A stretch of 64,000 nt of DNA from the human T2T-CHM13v2.0 reference genome, Homo sapiens, in assembly GCF_009914755.1 (NCBI RefSeq), contig NC_060929.1. The stretch is one strand, 5' to 3'. Positions 1-12,868 of the stretch are shown here, one piece after another (position 1 is the stretch's first letter; the number at the start of each line of letters is the position of its first letter). Below the pieces are notes generated by a model. It was not told where the DNA came from. It did no database searches and saw only the letters and a program-made list of their open reading frames with translations. Position numbers and translations under genes: made by a program.

Positions 1-812
1 AAAAGTCCCAAAAGTACATTTTTAAATTAGGCCTCTGTTTTTGTTTTGACAAATATCCATCTATTTTAATTTTGAAGTAACACATGAAAATGATGATTCC
101 ATTACTTTTTCTCTAACTTAGTGAAATAATTTTATATAGATTTTGCTAAAATTTCCTTACTACTATTCAAAGTAGTACTCATAATGTTCCCTGTCATTCC
201 ATCAAGAATAAACAGTGACACAATTAAATATGTAATTACTCATATAAAAGCATAAGTGAACATTGCCAAACACCCAGATTCTCAAAGTGAAGTTCATGAG
301 AGGAATAAATGTATCCACTTTCATCTATTTTAAGTCAAATCTGGCTTTATTATTGCTGAAGTAAATAATACATTCCCGCATGTTTGTATCCAAATTCTGT
401 ATATTAATCTCATACAAATAGAATTTCTTTAAAATAGATATTCTGTCCACATATTTTCTTACCAAGTGTTTGAATTTACTTCTGCATGGCAAGGAAGCAA
501 ACAAGATTTTTATATTGTGTCATGGTAAATGAATAAATAGTCTTTCCATTCATTAGGGTGGACATAATAGAATAATTATGTATTCGTGGTGGTCAGTTTT
601 CTATAAATATTGGAATCTAGTAATTGCTATAAAACTGCCTGTTATTTACTCATTTGGAAGTCTTAAAGGAACATGAATATGCATGAACTACTTCTATAAG
701 TCGAAAACCATATTTTTCTTTTGTTTGTTGTTCTCTTTGCGTTGCTATAGAGATCTTCTGTACTTTTTTTCCCCCAATATCCATTACCTTTGCCATCTCA
801 AGCTAGGAAGTA

Positions 813-1136
<324 letters not shown>

Positions 1137-1370
1137 GTCTGGAAGTGTTTTAAGTATAATTGTAGCGCAGATACAGTTCATTTATGGCCGTTCTTCTCCC
1201 AGGTAGCATGGCTCTAGACCTTTCTTTTCTATCCTCTCATCTTCCTAGTCTTGATGATGTGGAAGAAATGTTTGGGGAAACAAGCCAAAATTTTCTGTTC
1301 TTTATTTCCTGCTGTTATAATTTCATCTCTTTTTTCCAATGTTATTACTAGCCAATCTGAAAATTAAATT

Positions 1371-1371
<1 letters not shown>

Positions 1372-1414
<43 letters not shown>
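1372..1414. repeat. (TA)n(CA)n microsatellite
   Basis: TATATATATATA followed by about 15 CA units. Confidence 0.95.
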
Positions 1415-1415
<1 letters not shown>

Positions 1416-1578
1416 GAAGTATTAAAGTAATAAACTTCTCCTGCCCATGTTTTTTCAGGGCCCAGGTCACATTTTGCAGCATAGATTTCTAGGGATAAAC
1501 CATGGTTGTCTTCTCTTGCCAATTGGTCTTCCAACTCATTTTGGGAAAGAGAATCTAATAATAAAAATGCGGAATTCT

Positions 1579-1867
1579 GGCCGAGTGTGGTGGTTCACCG
1601 GGGAGGCCAGGGCAGGCAGATCACGAGGTCAGGAGATCGAGACCGTCCTGGCTAACACAGTGAAACCCTGTCTCTACTAAAAATGCAGAAAATTAGCCTG
1701 GCGTGGTGGCACGCGCCTGTAGTCCCAGCTACTCAGTAGGCTGAGGCAGGAGAATCGCTTGAACCAGGGAGTCAGAGGTTGCAGTGAGCTGAGATCGCAT
1801 CACTGCACTCCAGCCTGGGTTGCAGAGCGAAACTCTGTCTCATTAAAAAAAAAAAAAAAAAAAAAAA
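1579..1867 (+). mobile_element. Alu (AluSc8/Y-like left arm) with ~20 bp deletion near the 5' end
   Basis: GGCCGAGTGTGGTGGTTCAC then directly GGGAGGCC (CCTGTAATCCCAGCACTTT missing); GATCACGAGGTCAGGAGATCGAGACC; poly-A tail 1845-1867. Confidence 0.95.
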
Positions 1868-3150
1868 GTAGAACTCAGTAATGAGAATATCTGTAAAACA
1901 GGAGCCATCTGTTAGTCCTCAAATTTACCCAGGTTGCTGTCTTCTCACTCTATTTGCTTAAAAGACTGGCTTTGATTTTACAGGAGTCGAATCTTCGTTT
2001 TAGAAATCTATGAGAGGAACCATCTTTTCTGAACATCTCTAGTTAGCATTACAGTACATTTACAAATCATTTAGAGAAATAAATTGCTGTGGAACTCAGA
2101 AGTGCATAAGAGTAATACTATAATTATAGAAAGCTGAAGATGTAATATAGTTTACTCAATAATTTCCTGAAAAATAAGGATGGAAATTCGCACAGTTAAA
2201 AAAACTGTGGTACTTGGCTCATTCAGCTAATCTTATTTGTGATGTATTAACATCGAGTCAATCCTCTCAGTTCAAGATTTACATGAGATTTCTTCTTCTA
2301 TTTGAATGCAGGACTCAGAATCACCTCCTTCATAAGTGTTTCCTACAAATTATCTGGTAATTGACTAATACAAACCACCAATAAAAAGTCCATATAGTTC
2401 TTCTACAATTATGATTTCTAGAAATTTGGGAATAGAAGGGGAGAACATGCAATTATAATTTGCTGAGACATGAGCTTTTAATGGAGAGATGTGACTAGAG
2501 TGGCTCCTTACACAGTAAACCACTTGCTGGTTATCAAATAATCATTTTAAAATCTGAGAAAAGGGTGATCAACATGAATGCAACAATGCCTGCTCTTTTA
2601 TAATCGGCATTCTTGAATGTTGGCTGACTGTGGAGCAGGTGAAAAAAATTGAGAATATATTCCCTATGAAAACTAAAATTATAGACCCTGTGCTCACATT
2701 TCTGATGGCTCTAGAAAGTAATTCCATGCTTGGAATGGGACCTTTGGTGGAAAACAGAACTAATTATTATTTAATACTTTGAGGATTGAAATACTAACAA
2801 TGATAATAGTTAGGAATCCTGATCATTCTCTTCTAGAAGTATCTGGTATTTATTAGCATGTTATCATTTATATGTAATTTTCTTTACGGCTGATATCTTC
2901 CTGTATAGTCCTAATTAATGCAAATAGCATTCACAAAACAAATAACTAAAATGTCTTTAAGTTTATATGATTACTAACAAAATATTCTCACAAACTCACC
3001 CACTTATAATTTTTAAAAAATATATGCAAACAAACAATCTACAATTAAGCATATTTTCTTTCCAACATATATATTAAAAACATGGAATATTTTATGTAAT
3101 ATGCAGAAGAAAATGCATTATGTAAAATGCAGGAGAAAAATGTACTCTTT

Positions 3151-3383
3151 CATAGCACACTGCAGCCTCAATTTCTTGGCCTCAAGTGATCTTCCTGCTT
3201 CAGCCTCCCGAGTAGCTGGAACTATAGGCATACACTACCATGCCTGGCTAATTTTTAAAATTTTGTAAAGGTGAGGTCTCACGATGTTGCCCTGGCTGGT
3301 TTCTAACTCCTGAGCTCAAGTGATTGTCCCACCTTGGTCTCCCAAATTCCTGGGATTAGAGGCATGAGCCACCATCCCTAGCC
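3151..3383 (-). mobile_element. AluJ-like, missing 3' end and tail
   Basis: CACTGCAGCCTCAA..CTCAAGTGATCTTCC and CTCCTGAGCTCAAGTGAT are J-type; ends GAGCCACCATCCCTAGCC. Confidence 0.9.
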
Positions 3384-3927
3384 TTGAGCTTTTTCTAAGA
3401 CAGTATTTATACCATAATTTTAAGGTTATTTGTAAAGAACAAAAATTGATCATTTTACTCATAAACATATGGAACAAAGTAACATTGTTCAAAGATAGAG
3501 GATGAACTCATTAAGAAATAAAAATGTGTAGCATATTTGGGGCTTGCAAAACTCTCAGTATGGTCAGCATCTATTAATATGGATGAAAATTAATGGGAAA
3601 TTCTGGATTGTGATCCAATTTTTTAATACTTACAAGCTCTGACCAAGAATAAATGCCTTAAGTATGAGTTTCTTGTCTGTAAAAGTATTCAATAAATACT
3701 TAAAAATTCACTTTCTTTTTTTGACCCAATCAGTAACTAGAACTGGAAAGAATAATTCTGTCAAACCAGTAGATATATATTAAAGAAAAATCAATGACCA
3801 CAGATTTACTTTATATAATAAATGAACTATAATATCAAATTGCCATTTGTTCATAAATACTTATGTAGTATCTACCATTGACAGGCATTATATTTTGTGC
3901 TTCTAAATGCAGCACTAAATGATGATG

Positions 3928-5112
3928 CAGAGAGAAAAACCAGATTTTGTAGAGCTTGAAAACTGTACAATACATGCCTGTAGTCCCAGCCGCTCAGGAA
4001 GCCGAGGTGGGAGAATCATTTGAGCACGGGAGGTCAAGTGAGCCCTGGTCATATGACTGCACTCCAGCCCAGGTGACAGAGAAAGACCCTGTCTCAAAAA
4101 AAAAAAAAAAAAAAAAAAAAAAAGAAAGAAAATTGTACAATATGGGAAATCCTCTTTAAGAAAATGAATACAAAATCAAGGCTAAAAAAAGTAACATTAT
4201 TTAGAAGGAGAAAAGAAATTATAAATTATACAGTTATAAGTCTGACCATTACCACCACCATTACATTAAAAAATCAAAAATTAACATTTTATATTTTGTA
4301 CCTGTAATATTCTTCCTAGATACATGTTTTTACTAAAACTGCTTGAGTGCCTCTTTGTATAACACAAATTTTATAATTGTTTTTCTATAGGAGTGTAAGT
4401 AATTTTTTTCATCTAATGGAGATAATTGATTCTTTTTTCTTCCTGAGTTAAAAAGTTTATTTTAGCAACACAAGTTGTTATTGGCAATACCAATTTAAAG
4501 TGTTACCAAACACTCTAAGTATTTAGAGATGAGGAAAGCCTTTCTTTGGAAGAATTTTCCATAGGTTACCCTCTGCTTTTTAATTTTTTTTTTTTTTACT
4601 TTCATACCTTGTTCCTTTGCCACCACCCACATCATACTTCAGATGCCAGGGAGTGTAGGATGTATTTATTTCAGCATACAACATCTAGCCATGCACTTTC
4701 AAGTCACAATGACACAGCACTCTGCAGGGGTATTAAGGGAAGCCATTTTTCACAGGGAGAGTTAGGAATAACTTAACTGTAATGGAGTGACAGCAAACCA
4801 TACAAGTAAATTCCATTAAGCCAAACCTAAATGTATCCTCAATACAACTTCTGCTCAGTTGCACTCCCAGCATGCTCTTGGCCACTCCAATACTACACCA
4901 TTTAACTATAAGAATGAGAGAGAGGAAGTTAGAGTGAAAACAGACAGTCATCTTAGCTGATTTTGGTTAAAATTTCTTACTTGTTCAAATTTTACAAAAA
5001 CCTAGGACTGTGTGAAACCACTACTACAGTTCTTCCCAAGAGTTGCTGAGACACATGCAAGTAAGAGCCTTGCAGCTGGAGTTTCATTAGTTTCATGGTA
5101 AGTTCACCTTTG
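3928..5112. mobile_element. hAT-type DNA transposon relic with MER53-like termini, ~1 kb, interrupted by an Alu arm
   Basis: Left end GATTTTGTAGAGCTTGAAAACTGTACAATA..TGGGAAATCCTCTTTAAGAAAATGAATACAAAAT and right end TGCAAGTAAGAGCCTTGCAGCTGGAGTTTCATTAGTTTCATGGTAAGTTCACCTTTG resemble the two ends of the MER53 consensus as I recall it. Confidence 0.55.
3973..4130 (+). mobile_element. Alu right arm only (FRAM or 5'-truncated AluJ)
   Basis: CATGCCTGTAGTCCCAGC...GACCCTGTCTC plus long poly-A; TSD AAA(C/T)TGTACAATA at ~3960-3972 and ~4130-4142. Confidence 0.9.
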
Positions 5113-5114
5113 CT

Positions 5115-5700
5115 CACAGGGTCTTACTTTCTTGGAGTTTTCAGCCCAGCATAATATATATTAAATCATTTTATAAACCATTAATTATAATTACTATAAG
5201 TACTATGAAGAAGTATAGAAAGACATGGGATCATACAATAAGAAGACCAGTTATGGGCCTGTAGGTCAGAGACAATTTTTCTAAGTGGTACTTGAAGCTG
5301 AAACCTGAATGAGAATCTCATCTTGTTGACCAAGTGATGGTGGTGAGAGAGGTGGAGAGCATTCCAGCAATAAGGAAGAAAATGTGTAAAGACTTTGAAG
5401 CAGGAAAATCATATGATGAGTTGAGGAACTGAAATGAAGTTTAGTATGGTGGGAACTCAGAAAGTGAGGATTAAAGGGTCATCTGAAATGAGGTTTTAGA
5501 AAAAAAGGAGTGGGAGGACGTCTTGCTGCATCTGAGAAGGCCACATTAAAGACTTTGGGCCTTATTCTAAAAGAAATGGGAAGCCATTAAGAATTGACAT
5601 TATAAGATTTGCATCAAAACCACTCTGAACACAGAATGAAAAATGGATTTGGGCATACAGGTGCAAACTTGATGGAGATTTTCCATTAGGAAACTGTTAC
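5115..5700 (-). mobile_element. L2 relic
   Basis: Diverged L2 motifs: GTCAGAGACAATTTT..GAAGCTGAAACCTGAATGAG, GAGAGCATTCCAGCA, GGCCACATTAAAGACTTTGGGCCTTATTCT..AATGGGAAGCCATT. Confidence 0.75.
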
Positions 5701-7360
5701 CCTCAATTATGAGGGTGGACAGTACAAATTGTTGAATGAAGTAATCTTGTTTTTGTTAATTCATTTTCAGCAGCTATGCTGAAATTAGACACTACATCTT
5801 TTATTTTTCCTTTTATAAGGTTGATAGGCATTGATTTCTAATTGATATAAATCTACTGAAAGTTATAGAAATATTAAAAGTTTATCAACTTTTAAAATAT
5901 TAGAATACTATTACAAAATTTTGGCTCAAAATTGGGAGTCAAGCTAGCTATTGTCCAATTTCATGAAAAGATCTAGGATTTAAGATCTAGGTAACAAATC
6001 AAGCACTGTTGAGTCTTCCATGTTTGTCCTGGGAGAACAAAGTATAAACATTGGCTGTTTACTATTGTGGAGCAGAATGAGTTAGGTCTTCTGAATGGGA
6101 TGCCAAAATTTATGTAACATGCGATTGCTAAATATTTGGCACCTATACTTTTGGAAGGGTGTTGTGTCTAGAACTGTGAGAAAAGTGTAAATGTTAGTTG
6201 CTGTAATTAATTAGGTTTCTTCATGGTAAATTCATCTATTTTTCATTTCTCTTGTTTTACCTGCTTATCGTAGTGATTTTTAATGATAATTTACTTTCTC
6301 ACATGTGGTCTTAAAAGAGAGGTAATTCCTTTTAACTGAGGCTTCAAAGAAGACATTTCCAGAACTAAATCACACTACATTTGAAAAAAATCTTTGGGGC
6401 TCATAAATGTCATTTTTCACTTGTTTCTATTTATATTATCTCTCTGCACAAAACTCTAAAATGCAAGCTTGTAAGTGCCATTAAAGGGCACACATTTTCT
6501 TGGAATTCTTACAGGTTCCAATCTAGTAACAGTGCCAAAAATAAGAGAAATGTCCAAGAGTCCTTGTTCATTATGCGACCCCACTGATGTTGACAAAAAG
6601 TTCTTTTCAAGAAGGTCCTAATAAGCATTCAACCTTGTGGATAATTAATGTCCAGGGAAGGACTAGTGCTGGACTACCTGGCAATGTGCAGGATTTAATT
6701 TTTGTTCACCTCATGGAGACTTCCACTGTCCCTATATCCTTGTCTCAACATTATATTTTATTTTATTCTGACAAGTGCTATGTCAGAAAATACCATGAAA
6801 TTCAATAACTAGTTTGACTTCTGGATTGCAAAGGTTATGGTTGATACAAAGGTATCAGAAATATCACAGATCAGATCCCTTTGTAAGATTCTGTATGAGA
6901 CTTATGTCTGTTGTTTCTGCTACAGTATATATGATGATGATAATATAAATGAATACTAATATGTGATTATAATATAATAGTATCTGATAATCACTTTACG
7001 TATATTATCTCATTAAAACCTCTGAGACTGATATAAACAACTTGTCTACATTTTAAGGTAGAAACTAGTCTTGTAAAGCAATGTAAGACTTACCATTAGG
7101 TCACTTTAAAAAGTGCTAAGGGAAGTTACATTATATAACAAGCAACACCATTGCAAAGAATGTCCTCTTCCATCTACCTCTTTGCAGGTCCATTTATCCC
7201 AGAAGTTAATATGCAAAAATATTCTTACTCTCATTCATCCTATATCCATTTTAATGAAGTTCTAGAATATTTAGATTGCATTTGATTTTCTTTTTTATGT
7301 TATCTTTTAAAAAAAACTATCTCTTTTTAACCTTATTATCAAATCTCAAAAGCCAATCAG

Positions 7361-7658
7361 TACACATTGATTTGTATCCACTTATTGGCTGTTATGAAAA
7401 CTATTATGAATAATGCTACTATGAAGATTCACATGCAAGCTTTTGAGTAGACACATGTTTCTACTTTCCTGTGCATATAACTAGGAGTGGATCTGTTGGG
7501 TCATATAGAAATTCTCTATTTAACTTTTTGAGGAACTGCCCAACTCTTTTTCAAAGCAGCTATACCATTTTACATTGCCACTAGCAATGTATGAGGGTCC
7601 AGTTTGTTCATATCCTTGCCAACACTTGTTATTGTTTGTCTTTTTGATTATGCCCATT
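7361..7658 (-). mobile_element. L1MB-like ORF2 3' segment, inverted 5' part of a twin-primed insertion
   Basis: Antisense L1: TATGAATAATGCTACTATGAAGATTC...CTAGGAGTGGATCTGTTGGGTCATA...TTGAGGAACTGCC...CCAACACTTGTTATTG. Confidence 0.85.
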
Positions 7659-8057
7659 GACTGATAAAGAAACAAAATATGGTATATCTGTACAGTGGAA
7701 AATATCCAGTCATTAAAAAAATGAAATGCTGAAACATGCTATATCATGGATGATCCTTGAAACATGTGCAAAGTGAAAGAAGCCTGACCCAAAATGTCAC
7801 CTACTATTCTGTTTATATAAAATTTCCAGAATAGGCACATCCAGTAGGGACTGAAAGATTAGTGATTGCCAGAGGCTGAGGGATGGGGGACTGGGGAGTG
7901 ACTACCAATGGGCGTCAGACTTTTTATGAGATGATGAAAGTGTTCTGGAAGTAGATAATGATAATGATTCCACAATTTTGTAAAATACTAAAACCAGTGA
8001 CTTGTATAGTTTAAAGGTAAATTTTATGTTATATGAAATATGTCCCAATTTAGAAAA
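7659..8057 (+). mobile_element. L1MB7/8-like 3' end
   Basis: Sense L1MB 3' UTR: AAACAAAATATGGTATATC...CCAGAATAGGCA...GATTAGTGATTGCCAGAGGCTGAGG...TTTTATGTTATATGAA; TSD shared with the preceding segment. Confidence 0.88.
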
Positions 8058-8179
8058 GCCAATTAGGTTTCTAAGTCTACAGTGATGATGATGGTAATAA
8101 TCATAACAGCAACAACTGTCATAGAGATTGGGGAAAGAAGGGAAAAGAGAGAGAAAATGGAAATTCAATGAATATTTAT

Positions 8180-8750
8180 GCTTTAGTATGTTTCCCTGAC
8201 ACATCTGAGCTTCCTCTTCTGGATTATGGCTCTACCACCCACTAAGTTACTCAAATTAGAAATCTCAAAATGATGATGGATTCTTCTTTCATTCCACATT
8301 AGACAGTTGTTTTATTTTGCACAAAATGTGTCTCTGATCTCAGATTTTTATTTTCCCTAATGCTGTTCTCATTTCAACCCCCACTGTCATTACCATTTGA
8401 AGAAGCTAATCTTTCATTAATCACTGCAACATTTTTCTAATGATGCCTCTCCTCCCAGTTCCAGGCTCTCCTTTATTTGAATCTATTCCACAAGCTACCT
8501 TTATTGTTACCATCCCACAGTCCAAGTCTGACCATGCCGTTCTTCCCATGATGGCGTAAAGGGAACTGACATGATACGATGAGCCCCTCACAAAGTCACT
8601 ACAATTTACATATCCAGGCTCATTTTTGAACTACTTGATCCTGCTCTCCCTACCCTCACATACATACATAATACAGTACCCTGAACATTATATTCTCTTT
8701 TATACTGCTTTACTTTGGTCATGTTCTTCCTTTTGACTACTATTCCCTTC
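8180..8750 (+). mobile_element. L2 relic
   Basis: CACCACCCACTAAGTTACTCAAATTAGAAATCT, TCCAAGTCTGACCATG, TTTGGTCATGTTCTTCC-type L2 motifs. Confidence 0.6.
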
Positions 8751-9227
8751 TTGTTTGTATAAATCGGTACCCCTACAGATGCAAAAAAGAAAACACCTCT
8801 CAGAATAGTTTAAGAAAAAAATGCAATTATTGGGAAAGCCAACTTTAGAGATGGTTTTAGGTATAATTTGATGCAGAAACCTGTAAGACAGTTCTCCTCA
8901 TCTCTTGTTTCTGCTTTCAACTGAAGATGTAAATGAAGATAGATAGATTGATAGATGATTGCCTGATTGATGCATCTTTACAATTCTAAAATATCAAGAA
9001 CTTGAGGAAAATTGAGAAGGGAGAGAGAAAGTTAGACAAAGTTTAAGTCACGTACTACTCAATGAACAAATCGCTTTGCAATAGACGTGGGTATTCTGCA
9101 AGGTCAGCTGAGTACTATGTCCACCCATTCAGCATGGTATAGGGTATCATGAATAATAGAATGGCAAGCTCACCATGACCAAATGGAAAAAGAGAGACGG
9201 TTTTCTAACAGAAAACAACCATAAGTC

Positions 9228-9647
9228 TGTACTTTTCCGTTTTAGCTTTTACAGTTAGGCTTATGACCCAATGTGAACTAGTTTTTGTGAAGAGTACATG
9301 GTAGAAGTTGAGGAATTTTTTTCCCCACATAAATATCCAGTGTTTCAGTACCTTTTGGTAAAAGCACTTTCCACTTTGGATTGGGTTGCTCTGTACTCCT
9401 TTAGAAAAATTAAATGAGAATGTACACATGTGGTGGCTCTATATACTGCTAGACTGACGTTAATTGTTGGGATTACTGAAACTTTTTTTTTTGTTATTCG
9501 CAATTTATTTATTTATTGTTTACAATAGCAAAACTAAGGGATGTAAAGTGGTAACTTGTTTTTTTTTTATTATTATTATATTTTAAGTTTTAGGGTAATA
9601 AGTTTTGCCGTCAGGCACTGCAAGTCCTACTTTGTTCTTGTTTTTTT
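9228..9647 (-). mobile_element. Old L1 (L1M/L1ME-type) ORF2 fragment, continued at 16390
   Basis: TTTTAGCTTTTACAGTTAGGCTTATGACCCA...ATATCCAGTGTTTCAGTACC...AAGTCCTACTTTGTTCTT resembles antisense L1 ORF2. Confidence 0.7.
9483..9597 (-). mobile_element. Extremely 5'-truncated L1PA 3' tip plus probable 3'-transduced sequence with a second poly-A
   Basis: T10 (9483-9492), 66 bp non-L1 sequence containing TTTATT, T10 (9559-9568), then ATTATTATTATATTTTAAGTTTTAGGGTA (L1PA terminal sequence, antisense). Confidence 0.65.
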
Positions 9648-12558
9648 TTCCATTTATTTTCATTGTGGTAAAATACAAAGAAGGATTTACTATCTTAACC
9701 ACTTTTAAATGTATAGTCCAATGTAAGTATATTTATATTGTTGTTCAGTGATCACCACCATGCATCTCCGGAACAGTTCATCTTGCAAAACTAAAACTCT
9801 AGGCCCATGAAACAATAACTTCTCATTTCTTCCTTCTCTGAGTGTCTGGCACCCATCATTCTACTTTCTGTATCTATTTTAGTATCTTCTGTATCTTTTG
9901 TATCTTCTGTATCTGTATTTTTGACTAATCTAAGGACCCCATATAAGTGAGATCATACAATATTTATACTTCATGGCGGGCTTAATTGACTTATAATGTC
10001 CTCAAGGTTCATCCGTGTTATAGCCCATGTCAAAATTCCCTTCCTTTTTGAGAATGAATAATATTTCACTGTATGCATATAGTATATTTTGCTTATCTGT
10101 TCGTTCTTCTACAGAAACTAAAGTTGCTTTAATGTTGCTGTGTACATGGGAATACAAATATATCTTTGAGATTTTGCTCTCAGTTCTTTTCAATATATAC
10201 TTAGAAATGGAAATGCTATATCATATAAGACTTTTCTCATTTTGTTTAGAAACTAACATATTATTTTCCAAAGCAGCTGCACTATTTTACATTCCCACCT
10301 ACAGTGCACAGTTTCCAATTTTCTCACATCCTCATCAACACTTGTTATTTTGTTTTCTTGATAGTGGCCATTCTAATGGGTAAAAAGTGGTATCTCATTG
10401 TTTTGATTTGCATTTCCCTAATGATAACAATGTTGAGCATATTTGCATGGGCTTATTGGCCATCTCTGTATCTCGGAGACATGTCTATTTCAGTTTGTTC
10501 CCAGTTTTTTAATTGATTGTTTTTGGTGTTGAGTTTTAGGATTTCTCTGTATATCCTGGCTATAATTCCTTTATCAGATATATTATTTGCAAATATTTTT
10601 GCCCACATGTGGGTAGACTTTTTACTCTATTGGTAGTGTCTTTTGATGCACACATTTTATTTTTATAAAGCCTAACTTGTCTATACATATTTTTTGTTGC
10701 CTGTGCTGTGGGTCCGATCTGAAAAAGTATTGCCAAATCCAATGTTATGAAACAGCTTATGTTTTCTTTTCTAAGAGTATTGTAGTTTCAGGTCTTACTT
10801 GTAGGTCAAGGTTACATTTTTCGGTTCACTTTTTTAATATGGTGTTAGGTAAGAGTCCAATTTTATTCATTTGCATGTGGATATCCAGTTTTCCCAGCAC
10901 CATTTGTTGCATACAGCCTTTTGTTCCATTGATACCCTTGTGAAAAATCATTTGACCATATTTACAAGGGTTTTTATCTAGAGTCTTTATTCCAATGGTC
11001 TGTATCTGTGTCTTTATGCCAGTACCATGCTGATTTGATTACTGAAGCATTCTAAGCTTTGAAATCAGAAAGTGAGGGTCTTCCAGCTTTGTTCCTCTTT
11101 TTTGGGATTGTTTTAGCTATTCAGAGTCCCTTTAGATTCCATAGAAATTTTATCATCGGCTTTTCTATTTTAACACAAAACATAATCGGGATTTTGATAG
11201 CAATTGCATTGAATCTGTAGATTGCTATGGGGTAGTACTGACATTTTAAAAATATTAACTCTTCCAGTCTATGAACATGGGATGTTTTTCCATTTATTTG
11301 TGTCCTCTTTAATTTCTTTTAGAAAAAGTTGGAGTTCACCTCCTTGGTTAAATTTATTCCCAAATATTTTAGTCATTTTGATGCTATTGTAAACAAAAGG
11401 GTTTTTTTCTTAAATCTTTTGATATTTTCATTGTCAGTGTCAGCATTGCCTGTTGCATAGAAATGCAACTGATTTTTTTTTATGCTTACTTTGTATCCTG
11501 CTCCTTTGCTGAATTCATTTATTAGTTCTGAGTACTTTGGTGTATTTTTTAGGGTTTTCTCTATATATGATCATATTAATATGAAGACAATTTGGATACT
11601 TTTTATATCTTTTTCTCACTTGCATTGCTCAAGTTAAGACTTCTAAACTATATTGAATAGAAGTGAAAAAAGCAGGCATCCTTGTCTTATTCCTGATATT
11701 AGAGGAAAAGCTTTTAGTCCTTCACCATTGGTTATGATGCTCACTGTGAATTTTTTATATATGGTATTCATTATCTTGAGGTAGTTTTCTTCTGTTCCTA
11801 GATTCATGAGTGGTTTTATCATGAAAGGGTATTAAATGTTATCAAATGACTTTAAAGCATCACTTGACATAATGGTTATTCTTCCTTATTTTCTATTAAT
11901 GTGGTGTATTACATTCTTTTATTTTTGTATGTTGAAACACTTTTGCATTCCAGAAATTCCTCTTGGTCATGGTGTAAAATCCTTTTAATACGCTGCTGAA
12001 TTTAATTTGCTAATATTTTGTTGGGGACATTTACATCACCATTCATAAGGAATCTTGGTCTATAATTTTCCCTTTTTATACTCTCTTTAATTGGCTTTGG
12101 TATCAGAGTAATGCTGGGTTCATAGAATGAATTAAGGAGTGTTCTCTCTGCTAATTTTTTTTTTTAATAATTGAGAAGTACTGGTGCTCTTCTTTAATGT
12201 TTGGTAAGATTCACTGGTGAATCCACTAAGTCCAGTGCTTTTTTGGTCAGAAGATTTGTGATTACTTCTTCAATTTTCATATTAGTTGTAGGTCTATTTT
12301 GACTTTCTACTTCTTCATTTTTCAGTTATGGTACATGGTATTTCTAGTAATTTGCCTAATTCATTTAAGTTAGCCAATTGATTGACATACAGTTGCTCAT
12401 AGTACTCTCTTATAATCCTTTTTTCCCTGTAGATTTTGTAATAATGTCCCACTTTCCTTTCTGATTCTAGTAATGTGAGTCATTTCTCTTGTTTTCTTAC
12501 CATCTAGGTTTGTCCATTTGTTTATCTTTTCAGAAGACCAAACTTGTATTTTGTTGAT

Positions 12559-12868
12559 TTTTTTCTTTTCCTTTTTTTTTTTTTTTTTTCAAAGAGTCTC
12601 ACTCCATCACCCAGGCTGGAGTGCAGTGCCTCAATCTCAGCTCACTGCAATCCCTGCCTCCCACGTTCAAACAATTTTCCTGCCTCAGCATCCTGAGTAG
12701 CTGGAATTACAGGCACATGCCGCCACGCCCAGCTAATTTTTGTATTTTAGTAGAGACAGGGTTTTGCCATGTTGGCCAGGCTGGTCTTGAACTCCTGACT
12801 TCAAGTGATCCACCTGCCTTGGCCTCCCAAAGAGCAAGGATTACAGGCATGAGCTACCATGCCCGGCC
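12559..12868 (-). mobile_element. AluSx/Sz-like inserted in L1
   Basis: Full reverse Alu with T-tail; GGCCAGGCTGGTCTTGAACTCCTGACTTCAAGTGATCC. Confidence 0.95.

Noticed and set aside
463-481. 19-nt minus-strand micro-exon-like unit (similar short units at 7094-7115 and 9174-9204)
   Set aside because: Not multiples of three, no host gene evident, and such site pairs are expected by chance.
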